A stretch of 43,052 nt of DNA from a virus (lineage: Duplodnaviria; Caudoviricetes): IMG/VR virus record IMGVR_UViG_3300032373_000035, positions 1 through 43,052 of that record; one strand, written 5' to 3'. Numbering within the stretch: position 1 is the first letter of the stretch; every line of letters starts with the position of its first letter. This document shows, one piece after another, positions 16,275 through 27,032 of the stretch. A model generated the notes under the pieces. That model did no database searches. It was not told where the DNA came from and worked only from the letters and a program-made list of their open reading frames with translations. Position numbers and translations under genes: made by a program.

Positions 16275-19200
16275 TTAGAAGGAGTAAGAACGGGTGTTGA
16301 TGTCGAGGAGGGATCGGTTGTAGTCAGCGCCACCGGACTCAGCCAGCGCCGCCTGATCCTGAGCGAGCGCCCAGGTGGCTTGTAGTTCAGGGGATTCCCG
16401 GAGGACCCTCTGGAATGCAGACTGTCGGTACTGGTTGATGTACCGGGTGATGATCTTGACCTTGTCCACGTTGTCCATCTTACGGTAGATGGCGCTCCCC
16501 ACAGTCTTCTCTAGGCGTTGGCGTAGGTTCTTCCCACCCAGGGTGATGTTGCCCTGCAGTTCCGCCCATCGGTCGTAGGTGTTCTGCCCAGACTTGGTCT
16601 GGAAGGAGACGATGTCCACCCCGAAGAGCTTGGTAGCCGGGGGCTGGAAGCCGTGCTGAAGGTTCGCAAGCTCCTTGTCCAGCTTCTTGTTCGTGACAGT
16701 GGTGTAGGTGATCGGGTTCCACATGTTGACGAAGTCCCCGATGGTGTCGTTGCCGAGCGCCTTGGGGCGGCGAACCACCTCACCCAGCATGTTGCGCCGA
16801 GAGGGGAGGTTGTCGGAGAGACCAGGGATACGCTTCATGAAGGTCTCCATGAACCCCCTGGCTTCCCTCAGAGCAGGGTCAACCGTCTTCACCCCAGCGG
16901 CGGCGATAGAGGGAGCGAACAGAGAGCCGAACTTGGAGGCAAGCCCATCGTCAGACAGGCCATCGTCGGATTCCAGAACGTCGAACAGTTCCGAGAACCC
17001 GCTCATGAAGGTCTTGTCCATGACGACACCGAAGATCGCGGTGGAGATCCCAGCCACGTTGGTGGCGAACTCGTTCTCGTCCTGATCCGCGTAGTTCGCG
17101 TAGTCGTGCATGTCGGCCACCAGCTGCAGGGTGATGCCGATGGGGTCCGTGTTGTTGTACTTGACGTAGCGGTTGCCGATCCGGATGCTGTACGGGCTCC
17201 ACCCGGCGTTCTCCATGTCCTTCCGGATGTTCTTGTCAGCAGGGCCACGGCCAGTCAGGTTGCCTGCAGAGGCAAGGGCAACCCCGGTAGCCATGAAGCT
17301 CAGGCCAAGCGAAACGCGACCCACAGCATCGTTGCGACGAACAGGATCTCCAGAGTTGTAGTCAGAGAGGAACTTGGTCTGGTTGTCCTTGAGCCTGTTC
17401 GACAGCCCAGGAACTTTCGAGAGGTCGATGTCGGTGTACCGCTTGAGGATCTCATGCCCACCACTCAGGAAGTCCAGGGAACGAGCAGCCTCGCGGGCGA
17501 TGTTCGTCGGGGTCTGGAAGAAGGGGACGAAGAGACGGAGGATGGGCATCTGGTAGCGGAGCCCGTCCACAGTCTTCAGGATCTTGTCGATCCGGGTACC
17601 CTCAGCAGCGAAGTTCGAGGTGAAAGACGAACGCTCTGCAAGTTCTCTCGCGTTGTTCGTCACAGTCCGGATCATCGCGTTCGTGACTTCCCCCGCTTCC
17701 CTGGTCATGGCGGACTTGTACCGCTCCACGATCATGTTCTCCCGGTCGAAGCTCGACAGCCCCTCGATAGCGGAGACCTCCTTGGTGATGGAGTGCCACA
17801 CTGCCTCATCCGTCTGCAGCGCACCTTCCTTGAAGACTTGCTTGCGGATGTCGTTCACGAACTGCCCCCGCATTTCCTGGGGGAGCCCAGAGGCGTCGAA
17901 CAGGGAGTGAGCGTTGGTCTCCACCGTGGAGTTGGCAGAGAGGGCCTTAGCGAACTCGTCGCCAGCCTGCAGGATTCTTCCGGGGACGGTGCTGGCGTAG
18001 GAGACTAGCTGACTCACGGACTTCAGCAGACCATTCCCGGCGATGCTCGCAGACGCAAGCTCTGCCACGGAGAGGCTGGACTGCCCCTGGATCTCCCGAG
18101 TGGTGTTGACCACCCGCATGGCATCGTTGAAGTTGGTCGCATCCGTGGCCGTGTTGATCGACTGCGGAAGGGTGACACCCCGGTTCATCTTGAAGGCATC
18201 CAGCGCCTGCTTGAACGCCTGGGTGCCGTTGGAGACGAGACCACGGAGAGCGTGGACACCGGGGTCCGTGCTGCCCTGGGTGATGATCCCACCCACAGCC
18301 TGAGACATGGCCGTGTAGGTGCTCGACAGCGTAGCAGAGGCCACGTTGACAACAGCAGTGGTGGGAGCGGACAGCATACTGGCGTACATGAAGTGAAGCC
18401 CCAGACCAATCTTGCTCCGGGCCGCTTCATCGAACGCAGCGATGGTGTCCATCGTGTTGTTCCCCAGGAGGTTCATCTCCTCCATCACCTGGAGTTTCTT
18501 CCGCAGCTGCTTGACGCCACCCCAGTCTTCCAGCAGGGCATCGACAGTTGCCTTGTGCTTCTTGGAGTGCTTCATGTACGCCTTCGCAGCAGGGCCACCC
18601 TTGGCCCCCCGCTTGGAGACCCGCAGGAATTCAGCGGTAGCTCCTTTCTTGAAGGTGTTCAGGAACCGACCAGCCCCCGATGCAGTGCGTCGGTAGAGCG
18701 CGGTGATCGACATGGCCTCCATGACAGGGGCCAGCATCTGAGCGATCTGCACGTTATCCACCAGGGTGTCCGGAGTGTTGTCCAGATACTCCTTCATCTC
18801 CAGGACACCACGGTCAGCAGCATCCCCAGCGTCCGAGACCAGACGCTTGAAGACACTGACCCGGGTGATGAGGCGGTTGAGCCCATCCAGATCGTTTGCC
18901 TGCTCCATCCGCACGATGTCCGTGTCGATGATGTCGAGCAGGTTGGGGGCACCAGAGGCACGGTCCCCACCGACGAAGGCGTTAGCCGCCTCCTCGTAGG
19001 TCAACCCCGTCTCCTGGGAGAAGAGGGTGATGGCTTCCCTGGCAGTTCTCCCCCAGGTCTTCACATCCGTACCCAGGTTCTTCTCGTTCATTGCCTTGAA
19101 CGGAGTTCTCAGAGTAGCTTCTGCGGTACGCAGGGTGGTGTTGACCCGCCCAGCGTCCTTGGGGTCGTAGTAGTTGATGTAGTGGACATCGTCCGTGAGG

Positions 19201-20099
19201 AGCTTGGGGATTCTCCCGGTGCTCTCGAAGTCCTCGACGGCAGACTTCTGCCAGGTCTCGACGAACTCGTCTAGCTCCTTCCTGTCAGTCGGAATCTTCT
19301 TCTCGACCGACTGGGCTACAGCGTCGGCAGTGGACTTCTCCTCTTGTTTGATGAGGCCATGCGCTTCTCGCTTCCCAAACTCCGCTTCCAGGTTCCGAGA
19401 CTCTTCGAGTTCGATCCTTTGGCGCGTGTCTTCCGGCCTGGTTGCGACGGCTTCTGCGGCTTTTGCTTCGGGGACAAGCTCAGACAACTCAATGTCCCGG
19501 GATACAGTTTCCCCGGTTTCCGCCACCGATTCAGCAACCGCTCCATTTGCACGGTGCTTCCGGATTCCCTTGACCCCCATCTTGAGGGCGCTAAAAATGC
19601 CATCGAACGCGACACCAAGTGCAGCGCCTTCCAGCATGTTCTTGACTCGGCCCTCAAACTCACTATCATCCTCGTCAGCAGCGATCCACTGAGTGACTGC
19701 GTTGTTGAGGGCAGGGCTGTCGAACTGGGTGAGGACGTTTGAGAGTCTCTCTTCGTGTCCATCATAGGCGGTGAAGTCAGCGACGGCACCCTGGAAGGCA
19801 CCCTTGGCGATGTTGCTTGCTTGGAACAGACGGGCAGCTGCGGGGATCTTGGAGGCCAGGCCCACGGCACCAGCACCGGGGATCAGGAAGCCGACAGCGA
19901 ACTGGGCAATGGACTCTGCAACGGCAGCAGCACCCCGAGCCCGAGGCGCTTCCACCTCGAACCAGTCATCCGGGAGGACTAGATCACCGATAGCGTCCAG
20001 TCCCCGTAGGGCTCCGTTGGCGGCCCCTTGGAAGACGTTGGAGGTTCCAGTCCTCTCGAACCCGGGGGTCGGGGAACCGAAGTGTTGCTTACTCTGCAT
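16275..20099 (-). CDS. Internal virion (ejection) protein, gp16-like
   Basis: 1274 aa, synteny; LFVPFFQTPTNIARE, GNLTGRGP, GWSPYSIRIG, RRNMLGE motifs typical of podophage ejection proteins. Confidence 0.8.
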   Translation of the reverse strand: MQSKQHFGSPTPGFERTGTSNVFQGAANGALRGLDAIGDLVLPDDWFEVEAPRARGAAAVAESIAQFAVGFLIPGAGAVGLASKIPAAARLFQASNIAKGAFQGAVADFTAYDGHEERLSNVLTQFDSPALNNAVTQWIAADEDDSEFEGRVKNMLEGAALGVAFDGIFSALKMGVKGIRKHRANGAVAESVAETGETVSRDIELSELVPEAKAAEAVATRPEDTRQRIELEESRNLEAEFGKREAHGLIKQEEKSTADAVAQSVEKKIPTDRKELDEFVETWQKSAVEDFESTGRIPKLLTDDVHYINYYDPKDAGRVNTTLRTAEATLRTPFKAMNEKNLGTDVKTWGRTAREAITLFSQETGLTYEEAANAFVGGDRASGAPNLLDIIDTDIVRMEQANDLDGLNRLITRVSVFKRLVSDAGDAADRGVLEMKEYLDNTPDTLVDNVQIAQMLAPVMEAMSITALYRRTASGAGRFLNTFKKGATAEFLRVSKRGAKGGPAAKAYMKHSKKHKATVDALLEDWGGVKQLRKKLQVMEEMNLLGNNTMDTIAAFDEAARSKIGLGLHFMYASMLSAPTTAVVNVASATLSSTYTAMSQAVGGIITQGSTDPGVHALRGLVSNGTQAFKQALDAFKMNRGVTLPQSINTATDATNFNDAMRVVNTTREIQGQSSLSVAELASASIAGNGLLKSVSQLVSYASTVPGRILQAGDEFAKALSANSTVETNAHSLFDASGLPQEMRGQFVNDIRKQVFKEGALQTDEAVWHSITKEVSAIEGLSSFDRENMIVERYKSAMTREAGEVTNAMIRTVTNNARELAERSSFTSNFAAEGTRIDKILKTVDGLRYQMPILRLFVPFFQTPTNIAREAARSLDFLSGGHEILKRYTDIDLSKVPGLSNRLKDNQTKFLSDYNSGDPVRRNDAVGRVSLGLSFMATGVALASAGNLTGRGPADKNIRKDMENAGWSPYSIRIGNRYVKYNNTDPIGITLQLVADMHDYANYADQDENEFATNVAGISTAIFGVVMDKTFMSGFSELFDVLESDDGLSDDGLASKFGSLFAPSIAAAGVKTVDPALREARGFMETFMKRIPGLSDNLPSRRNMLGEVVRRPKALGNDTIGDFVNMWNPITYTTVTNKKLDKELANLQHGFQPPATKLFGVDIVSFQTKSGQNTYDRWAELQGNITLGGKNLRQRLEKTVGSAIYRKMDNVDKVKIITRYINQYRQSAFQRVLRESPELQATWALAQDQAALAESGGADYNRSLLDINTRSYSF

Positions 20100-22686
20100 A
20101 GTAGTCCATCATCTTGGCTTTCAGTCTGTCGATCATCCTCTCCGGACTCTCTGCGCCGGTCGCCTTGTAGGTTTCCGTGAGGAGTTGAATGTACTCTTCA
20201 TCCATGAAAGCCTTTTCCACATCGGCCAGATCAGAGTACATAGGGGCTGCGTCTAGCTGGATGGATTGTAGCACTTCCGGGGACAGGTCTACCGTGAATG
20301 CCGGGACAGTAAAGGATCGGTTTCTAGGAGTCTTCATAAATGAAGTCTCTGTGTTCCGCACCCCAGTGGCGCGAACTTTCACCTTGCCCTTGACTGCTTC
20401 CGTCCAGTGGATCAGACCGGAGGTGGCAGCCAGCTTGAGCAAGTCCTGATTCCCCTTAGAGGATAGGTCTGCGGGAGCCCCGGGGATTTTCTGGGGAGCG
20501 TTCTTGAGTAGGTTCCGAGCGCCAGCAGATTCGCTGGTAGAAACCTCCATCCAGAGGAAGTTGTTCGTCTCAACCAGCTTGTTCTCGAACTGCGGGTCAA
20601 TATCAGAAATGGTGCCTGCGTACCGCCCGAGGATGACAGCACGGGAGATGTCCCCCTTCGTGTTGCTGCTGGAGATGTTTGCGACCTTCCCTCCAGTCCG
20701 AGACAGCGTACCGACTAGAGCCCCATCGGCCCTAGCTTTGTTCGTCATCAGGAACTCTCCCGGGGACTCCGGAGCTAGTGCCGTGGCGAGGTCCTGTACG
20801 TCTACCCCGAGACGGTTGTACTCCTCCTGCTGGGTGACCGTGACATCCTCATCCCGAGCGACCGTACCTAGTCTGTCACCGAAGACCGTCTCTCGCATGT
20901 CTCTGTCGAAGGTAGTACGAAGGTCCTCCCTGCGGGCAAAGCCGGAAGACCTATCGTTCAGCAGAGTCTGGAACTCAGTAACCTTCTCCTGCGCGTCCAG
21001 AGGATCGTACCTGGAGGAGATTTCCCTGAGGACATCGGAGACGTACCGCTCTCGATCCCTTGCAGCGTTGTCCCTCATCTCCACAGCCTCCGTGTACAGC
21101 GGGGAGTGCTGCGGGACACCCTTGGGGTACGAAGCAGTGTCAACCCCGGGGAGACCGGAGTACCCACTAGCCAGCCCCACGTTGAGCATGACACGGCGAG
21201 TCTCGTTGTACTTCCGCTTCACCCGATCAAGAGTGCGTTGCATCTCCTGGGGCTTCATCTCCGCGAACTGCTCGTAGGTCGGAAGCTCGAACCCGATGGA
21301 CTCTGCCTGGGGGATGGCTTGCCGCTCGTACTGCGTGATCTTCTGGTGGACACCCCGCTGGATGTACCCGGTGCGCTCCTCAGCGTACCCCGCGAGAACG
21401 TCCTTGTCGTCTGCGGTGAGGTCTCTACCAGAGGCGATGATGCGGGCGATTTCTCCTTGGCCGCTGGCCTCCGTAAGCTCGTTGATCAGGGCCTCCCTCT
21501 TGGAAGCAGAGGCAGTCTCCCCGAGGACAGCACTGTTGCGGGCAGAGGTGACGCCACGATTGATCAGCGTCTCTGCGTACTCCGGGCGGATAGTGTCCCC
21601 CTGATCCTTCCGCTTCTCCAGCATCGCCTGGACAGCTTCCGTCATGCTGAGGGTGCCCGCAGCCACAGCCGAGCCAATCTCCGCACCGTCCTGCTCTCGC
21701 CCACTCTGGTTCCGAAGGCCCCGGGCGGCGCTGCTGTTCTCCGCAGCTTCCAGGGAAGCCTCAATCCGGTTGAACATGTCGATCAGCCCAGCATTCCGGG
21801 GGTCTCCCAGGGGGATTCCGTTGACCCCCTCCACCTCCATCAGCTTGGCAAAAGCATCCCTACCCTTCCCGGGGAAGGTCTTCTCGTAGTCTGCGATCTC
21901 CCGGGCGATCATCCGGATAGTCGCTTCCTGTGCTCCGTCCGAGAGCGAGGAGAAGTCGGCAACCCAACTACGGGCAGTCTCACCGCCCTTCTCGTCAGAG
22001 ATGTTGAGTTCAGCCAAGGATGCGGAAAAGCCAGAGGTGATCAGCTGCGTCTGCCGGGTCTCCAGCGCCGTAGTTGCCTGCTTGTTGCTCTCGGTCGAGT
22101 ACGCCTGCTTCCACCGTGCCGCCTCCGTGAGCCAGACTTCCGACCCGACCTCCGTGCTGAGGGCAGAGTTGCCGTCGAACCCGGAGATGACATCCTGGAA
22201 GACAGTCTCGAAGTCTTCCCCGGGGATGATCTCTTGGGTCTCCTCGTCGATCTTCGGGGAGGTGCGCTGCTGGGTGACGATGGCGTCGTTCAGCCGACCC
22301 TGCAGGACTTGCCCCGCACGGATGGCCTCACGCTTGTTCCACACATGGCGGAAGTAGGGGCTGTCCGACGCGGGGAGTAGACCGTCTTCCACGGCCCCCT
22401 GGAACATGGCTTCGCGGGTGGCATCGTCCTTCGCATTCCGGAGACCCTGGGTGAACTGCACCCCAGTCTCCGAGTTCAAGAAGGTCTCGATGGTACGGAC
22501 CCGCTCTGCCCGGTGCTCCTGGACTACCTTACGGGTAGCACCAGTGAGCGCAGGGATGGCCCGCTCCAGAGCGGAGACGACATCTCCCCCCTCCACGCGG
22601 TTCACGGCGATGCGCCCCAGGTTGACCCCAGAGGGGCCAGCAGAGGGCTGCAGGGGGTTCGAGAAGTTCGGAATGGATGCAGTCAT
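20089..22686 (-). CDS. Internal virion protein, gp15-like
   Basis: 865 aa helical protein between gp14-like and gp16-like genes. Confidence 0.65.
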   Translation of the reverse strand: MTASIPNFSNPLQPSAGPSGVNLGRIAVNRVEGGDVVSALERAIPALTGATRKVVQEHRAERVRTIETFLNSETGVQFTQGLRNAKDDATREAMFQGAVEDGLLPASDSPYFRHVWNKREAIRAGQVLQGRLNDAIVTQQRTSPKIDEETQEIIPGEDFETVFQDVISGFDGNSALSTEVGSEVWLTEAARWKQAYSTESNKQATTALETRQTQLITSGFSASLAELNISDEKGGETARSWVADFSSLSDGAQEATIRMIAREIADYEKTFPGKGRDAFAKLMEVEGVNGIPLGDPRNAGLIDMFNRIEASLEAAENSSAARGLRNQSGREQDGAEIGSAVAAGTLSMTEAVQAMLEKRKDQGDTIRPEYAETLINRGVTSARNSAVLGETASASKREALINELTEASGQGEIARIIASGRDLTADDKDVLAGYAEERTGYIQRGVHQKITQYERQAIPQAESIGFELPTYEQFAEMKPQEMQRTLDRVKRKYNETRRVMLNVGLASGYSGLPGVDTASYPKGVPQHSPLYTEAVEMRDNAARDRERYVSDVLREISSRYDPLDAQEKVTEFQTLLNDRSSGFARREDLRTTFDRDMRETVFGDRLGTVARDEDVTVTQQEEYNRLGVDVQDLATALAPESPGEFLMTNKARADGALVGTLSRTGGKVANISSSNTKGDISRAVILGRYAGTISDIDPQFENKLVETNNFLWMEVSTSESAGARNLLKNAPQKIPGAPADLSSKGNQDLLKLAATSGLIHWTEAVKGKVKVRATGVRNTETSFMKTPRNRSFTVPAFTVDLSPEVLQSIQLDAAPMYSDLADVEKAFMDEEYIQLLTETYKATGAESPERMIDRLKAKMMDYYAE

Positions 22687-23282
22687 TATTCGTTGCTGTC
22701 CTCGCTATCGTTCTGCTCATCAGACGAGGGAGCCTGACCTCCGATCAACGCACCCCCTCCGATAATGCCGTCGAAGTCTCCGTTGGCGAATGCCCCGGCA
22801 GCAGCGGTACCGATCTGGATGAAGGCTGCGAGGGGGTTCGGTCTGGTTCCTTGTCCAACGCTGAGGATAGAGGAGAACTGACGATCCACCACACCCAGCT
22901 TCTCCTGGAAGATTTGATCTGTGGTGTTGTCCAGGTTCGTCCGCTCCCGGAGGACTGCCTGAGCGGCAGCCCGGTTGACCTCTTGGAAGATGTCCTGAGC
23001 AGTGGTCCCGGAGATACCAGCAGATCCAGCCTGGGCTCTGTTGCGCCCCTGGTACTGTTTCGCTGCCCGGTCGATGTCTGCGATCCGCTGACCAGAAGCC
23101 TCCCGCTCCTGCTCCAACCGCGTCTCCAGAGCAGAGATGTTGCGCTTCCGGACCTCGCCAGCGTAGGTCTTGTTCAGGTCGTGCGCGGCGTCCTGGCCTT
23201 TTGCCTGGGCACGCTGAACCTGCTGCGACATGATTGAAGTCACAGCAGTTGTTCCGACAGCGACGAGTCCGGGGTTACACAT
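22686..23282 (-). CDS. Internal virion protein, gp14-like
   Basis: MCNP start, Ala/Gln-rich helix, AGSAGISG; synteny. Confidence 0.75.
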   Translation of the reverse strand: MCNPGLVAVGTTAVTSIMSQQVQRAQAKGQDAAHDLNKTYAGEVRKRNISALETRLEQEREASGQRIADIDRAAKQYQGRNRAQAGSAGISGTTAQDIFQEVNRAAAQAVLRERTNLDNTTDQIFQEKLGVVDRQFSSILSVGQGTRPNPLAAFIQIGTAAAGAFANGDFDGIIGGGALIGGQAPSSDEQNDSEDSNE

Positions 23283-23793
23283 TGGTCAGTTCTAGGGTGA
23301 ATGGGAAGAACGGGACTTCCGGGTTGTGGAGGAAGACTGACTCCTCCTCATCCACAGAAAAGCCCAAGTGCTTCAGCCAGTTGATGTGCTTTGTATTGCG
23401 AGAATCAACGTAGTTCATCATAGCATCTGCCTGTAGAGACAAGACAGGGAGCCACTCTTTGCTGATCTGCATGAGTTCCTTGGGGTTCACCGTCAGCTGA
23501 TCTGTTCCAACCATCCAGATCCAGGCAACCCTCTCGCCTTCCACGGGGAGCACGGAGGAGGTTCCGAAGAGACCAATGGGGACACCAGCCCGGAAAGCGG
23601 TGAAGGTCAGGATCCCCCGGTAGAACCCACGGGCAAGAGAGGAGAATGCATCCAGCCCAGTAGCCGCAGTGATCTCTTCCTGATCCGCTCTTCGCAGATT
23701 CTTAGCGATGAACTCTACATCGTGGATGTTGGAGGGACGGATCTCGATTACAGGACGGACCACCCGCGTCGGGTGTTCTGAAGGAGCTGCCAT
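23275..23793 (-). CDS. gp13-like GNAT-fold protein
   Basis: NLRRADQEEI, IWMVGTD, NYVDSRNTKHINWLKHLGF. Confidence 0.8.
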   Translation of the reverse strand: MAAPSEHPTRVVRPVIEIRPSNIHDVEFIAKNLRRADQEEITAATGLDAFSSLARGFYRGILTFTAFRAGVPIGLFGTSSVLPVEGERVAWIWMVGTDQLTVNPKELMQISKEWLPVLSLQADAMMNYVDSRNTKHINWLKHLGFSVDEEESVFLHNPEVPFFPFTLELTNV

Positions 23794-26700
23794 TCGATAG
23801 ACTCAAATCGTAGGTGAAACGGAAGCGAAGTCTTGAGAGTGACCTCGATGTCATGGTTGAGCCCACCGATAGGATAGGTGAGGAACCCATCAGTAGGGAT
23901 AGCAGATCCGAGCACCAATTCGCTGATGTTCGGAAGGATGTACTGCTTGGAGTACAGGGTAGCTCCAGACTGCACTTCTACAGTCAGGGCTCTGGTGTCT
24001 AGGACACCCATCGTCACCCCTTCTACGGTGACCACTTCTTCCGTGCTGGCGAGAGAACCGTCTCTGGTCTCTCTCCGGTTGTACGGACGCGATAGCGTGA
24101 CTAGGCTAGTGAAGGGACTTCCAGCAGTAGCGGTGACGGCGTCGGAGACATCGGCTTGGACCGTGATTTCGTTACCGCTGACTCCGAGTACAGGGGTTTG
24201 CACTCCGTCCAGGACAAGGGCAGCGTCTGCCGGAAGATCGTTTTCAAACGTGAACGTAGTCGTGTCCACACCGTCGTAAACGGCAGAAATTGCCCGCTGC
24301 TTGAAGTCGAGGAATACAGATGATGGCGATACGGGGCTGCTGAACGACTCAAGGTACTTGACTCCATCTCTGTCTACCAGACAGAAGAAAGTGTTCTGGA
24401 TGTATTCAACAGCAAGCAGGCGGTCTCCGAAGGTCCACTTAGACCAACCCCCCAGCTGCCGGTTGAACGGATCCAGGTTGTAAACGAAGGCGTCTCCGCT
24501 GCTCCCCACCCAGACAAGCTTCTGGGCCACCGTCGAAACAGCAGAGTCCAGAAGGTTCTCGTCTAGGTACCTGGGGACGGAGACCGAAATGTTCGCAGTG
24601 GGGAACTCTTCCGACTGCGATCTAGGGAGGATCTGATCCACCCGGGAGTAGTTGCCTGCAGGCCCCACAACGAACATAGAGCCATCAAGCTCCCGGGGTT
24701 CTACGAGGAAGACATCCGCCTCCCGGACGACTCTCTGACCGATGTTCAGAGGTGTGAGGGCTTCCCCGTCCCCCTGGGCGTACACGACATACTGTACGGA
24801 TCTACCACCCATGTAGATGCTGCGGTTGATCTCTTTTGCCCAGACGATGTCTACCGCTCTCTTCCCCTCGATGGTGAAGTCGATACGGTCGTCGTTCGGG
24901 ACAGCTTGCGTGGTGCTGCGCCAGAAGTCGAACAGGTCGGAACTGCGAGAGAGGACACCACCAGTTGCGGTGACCAAGTGCAGGCGTCCCTCGAACACAT
25001 CAATCGCACGGATCTCCCCGCCGATGAACGAGGGATCTCGGTTGGTCGCCACATCTCCCACTTCCCTGTTGCTCCAGTCAACGGTGGACAGGAGGAAGTA
25101 GATGCTTCCGGGGATCCCTGTCTTAGTCCCAAGGACATCGTCCTGCAGGCGCTGCATCTGGTGAGGCATGGTTGCCTCGTCGATGATGTAGGGAATCTCA
25201 GGAGCGACGGTCTCTGACCACTCCCCCTCCCCCGTGGGATCTCCTGAAAAGGTAGTGAACTCAACCCAGGTGTCGTCCACTTCCGTCGAGAGGGACCCAG
25301 AGAGCTTCACCTTGCGCCCGTTACGGAAGACCGTGGGGAGCCCGGTGATCTCCGAGACCGTGTCGAACAGAACGACGACCTGCTGGTCATTCTCTAGGGA
25401 GTCCTCTTGGAACTCGAACGAAGTTTCCTTTACGGTCGTCAAACCGTTGTAGTTCTTGACTGCCTTCCAGGTGTACTTGGCTTCCTGGGAGAGAGCCACC
25501 ATCTCCATCTTCTCCACCTCGTACCCAGCCGCAGCGGTGATGAAGACAAGGTTGTCCTCCAGTTCCACCGTTCCCCAACCAGCTGCGACGATATCCGCAC
25601 CTCCACCGTTTCCGTACCAACCAGAAGTGGCGGACAGGTCTTCCGTCAACTGGTAGTGGAAGGCGGCGGCGACAGAGATCGGGGTGCCGTTGCACTCGAC
25701 ATACGAGTACGGGGTCTCCCATGAGTTTGACCCCGCTCCATCGGATTTCGGCGTAAGCGTTCCAACCTCGTTAGAGGTTCCATCTGCACGGTTCTCGGAG
25801 AACACCGTGTACACCTGTTCGTCCTCCAGGGTGTCCGTGTTCGTGTCCCGGAACTGCAGCTTCATCTTGAAGCCGGTACGCTCCTCGGAGTACCCACGCA
25901 CCCAGAGAGCCCCGAAGGAGTCTTGTGCGGGCGTAAGGTCTGCCTTCATCGCAGGGGTGGCTGCGGTGTTCAGCAGGAACGTAGTGTCGCCCACCGTGGT
26001 GAGCTTCAGGTTCTCCACGAACTTGGGCCGCTGGACGTAGGGGACCCGGATCTGTGCATTGAGCCCATCCTCGTTCAGCAGCATGTTCCCCCACAGGAAG
26101 AAGTCACCGTTGTTAGTGCTTCCGTCCGTGCGGATCTGGAGGACCGTGGGCTCCGTGTCAAACGCCACATCCCCGAACTCCAGGGGACGGCGGGACATCT
26201 GGATCTCGTACCAGCCATCCCCAAGGTCTGTCAGCAGAGCGTCCATGTAGGCCGAGTCGGTCCCTGCTACAGCCACTCCAGTGATCTCCGTACCGCTGGT
26301 TGTGATGTCAACCCCAGCGATCACCGTAGCTCCGTTCAGCAGCTGCATCTGCAGCGCATCCGGATACCTGGCTTCACTCTTGATCCGAGTGCTCCAGAGG
26401 ATGTTCTTGGTCCCGTCGAAAGAGGCAGAGAACGGGGCCAGGTTCAGTTCCCAGTACTTCCCCGCCCCGGAGCCGTTCATGGAGAACTCTCGGGAGTACC
26501 CGAAGTACAGCGGGGAGTCGTTCAGTTCCGACAGCGCAGAGCTTACCCCACCAAACGAGATGAACGGGCTGTTCTCCGAGTACCCCGTAGTTAGGATCTG
26601 CTCAGTCCTGTGATCTAGGTACGCTGCAATCGGGTCAACCAGATCCGGCCCGGTAGAAACGCTAGTGCTCTCCGTGTAGACAGGGATAGCTTCTCCGTCT

Positions 26701-27032
26701 TCCCATCTGTTGACATACAGGTTCGCCTGCCCAGTGTGGGTAGAACTGGAACCAACAGAGGCCCCAACGGGACCCAGGGAGACAAGGTACTTTTCCGTCT
26801 CATCCCGGTCGATGGAGTGCAGCACCATTTGCTCCGATCTCCATGTCGTCGCACTAAGCTGCCCCCGGAGACCCACCGTGGCAAGAAGGTCCGTTCCGGA
26901 TCTCCGGGTCATCCCGTCAACGAGGGAGAACTCTACGTTCTCAAGCTCCTCAAACGTGTTCGAGGGGCGCTCCGCAGGACTCTGCTGGGAAACGCCCCCT
27001 GTGAGGTTGCTCAGTGTTCTGTTGCTAGACAT
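23748..27032 (-). CDS. Tail tubular protein B / nozzle (gp12-like) with internal insertion
   Basis: NLTGGVSQQ, IDRDETEKY, TVGDTTFLLN, ATMPHQM, WSNREVGD..NRDPSFIG, GWSKWTF. Confidence 0.9.
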   Translation of the reverse strand: MSSNRTLSNLTGGVSQQSPAERPSNTFEELENVEFSLVDGMTRRSGTDLLATVGLRGQLSATTWRSEQMVLHSIDRDETEKYLVSLGPVGASVGSSSTHTGQANLYVNRWEDGEAIPVYTESTSVSTGPDLVDPIAAYLDHRTEQILTTGYSENSPFISFGGVSSALSELNDSPLYFGYSREFSMNGSGAGKYWELNLAPFSASFDGTKNILWSTRIKSEARYPDALQMQLLNGATVIAGVDITTSGTEITGVAVAGTDSAYMDALLTDLGDGWYEIQMSRRPLEFGDVAFDTEPTVLQIRTDGSTNNGDFFLWGNMLLNEDGLNAQIRVPYVQRPKFVENLKLTTVGDTTFLLNTAATPAMKADLTPAQDSFGALWVRGYSEERTGFKMKLQFRDTNTDTLEDEQVYTVFSENRADGTSNEVGTLTPKSDGAGSNSWETPYSYVECNGTPISVAAAFHYQLTEDLSATSGWYGNGGGADIVAAGWGTVELEDNLVFITAAAGYEVEKMEMVALSQEAKYTWKAVKNYNGLTTVKETSFEFQEDSLENDQQVVVLFDTVSEITGLPTVFRNGRKVKLSGSLSTEVDDTWVEFTTFSGDPTGEGEWSETVAPEIPYIIDEATMPHQMQRLQDDVLGTKTGIPGSIYFLLSTVDWSNREVGDVATNRDPSFIGGEIRAIDVFEGRLHLVTATGGVLSRSSDLFDFWRSTTQAVPNDDRIDFTIEGKRAVDIVWAKEINRSIYMGGRSVQYVVYAQGDGEALTPLNIGQRVVREADVFLVEPRELDGSMFVVGPAGNYSRVDQILPRSQSEEFPTANISVSVPRYLDENLLDSAVSTVAQKLVWVGSSGDAFVYNLDPFNRQLGGWSKWTFGDRLLAVEYIQNTFFCLVDRDGVKYLESFSSPVSPSSVFLDFKQRAISAVYDGVDTTTFTFENDLPADAALVLDGVQTPVLGVSGNEITVQADVSDAVTATAGSPFTSLVTLSRPYNRRETRDGSLASTEEVVTVEGVTMGVLDTRALTVEVQSGATLYSKQYILPNISELVLGSAIPTDGFLTYPIGGLNHDIEVTLKTSLPFHLRFESIEWQLLQNTRRGWSVL

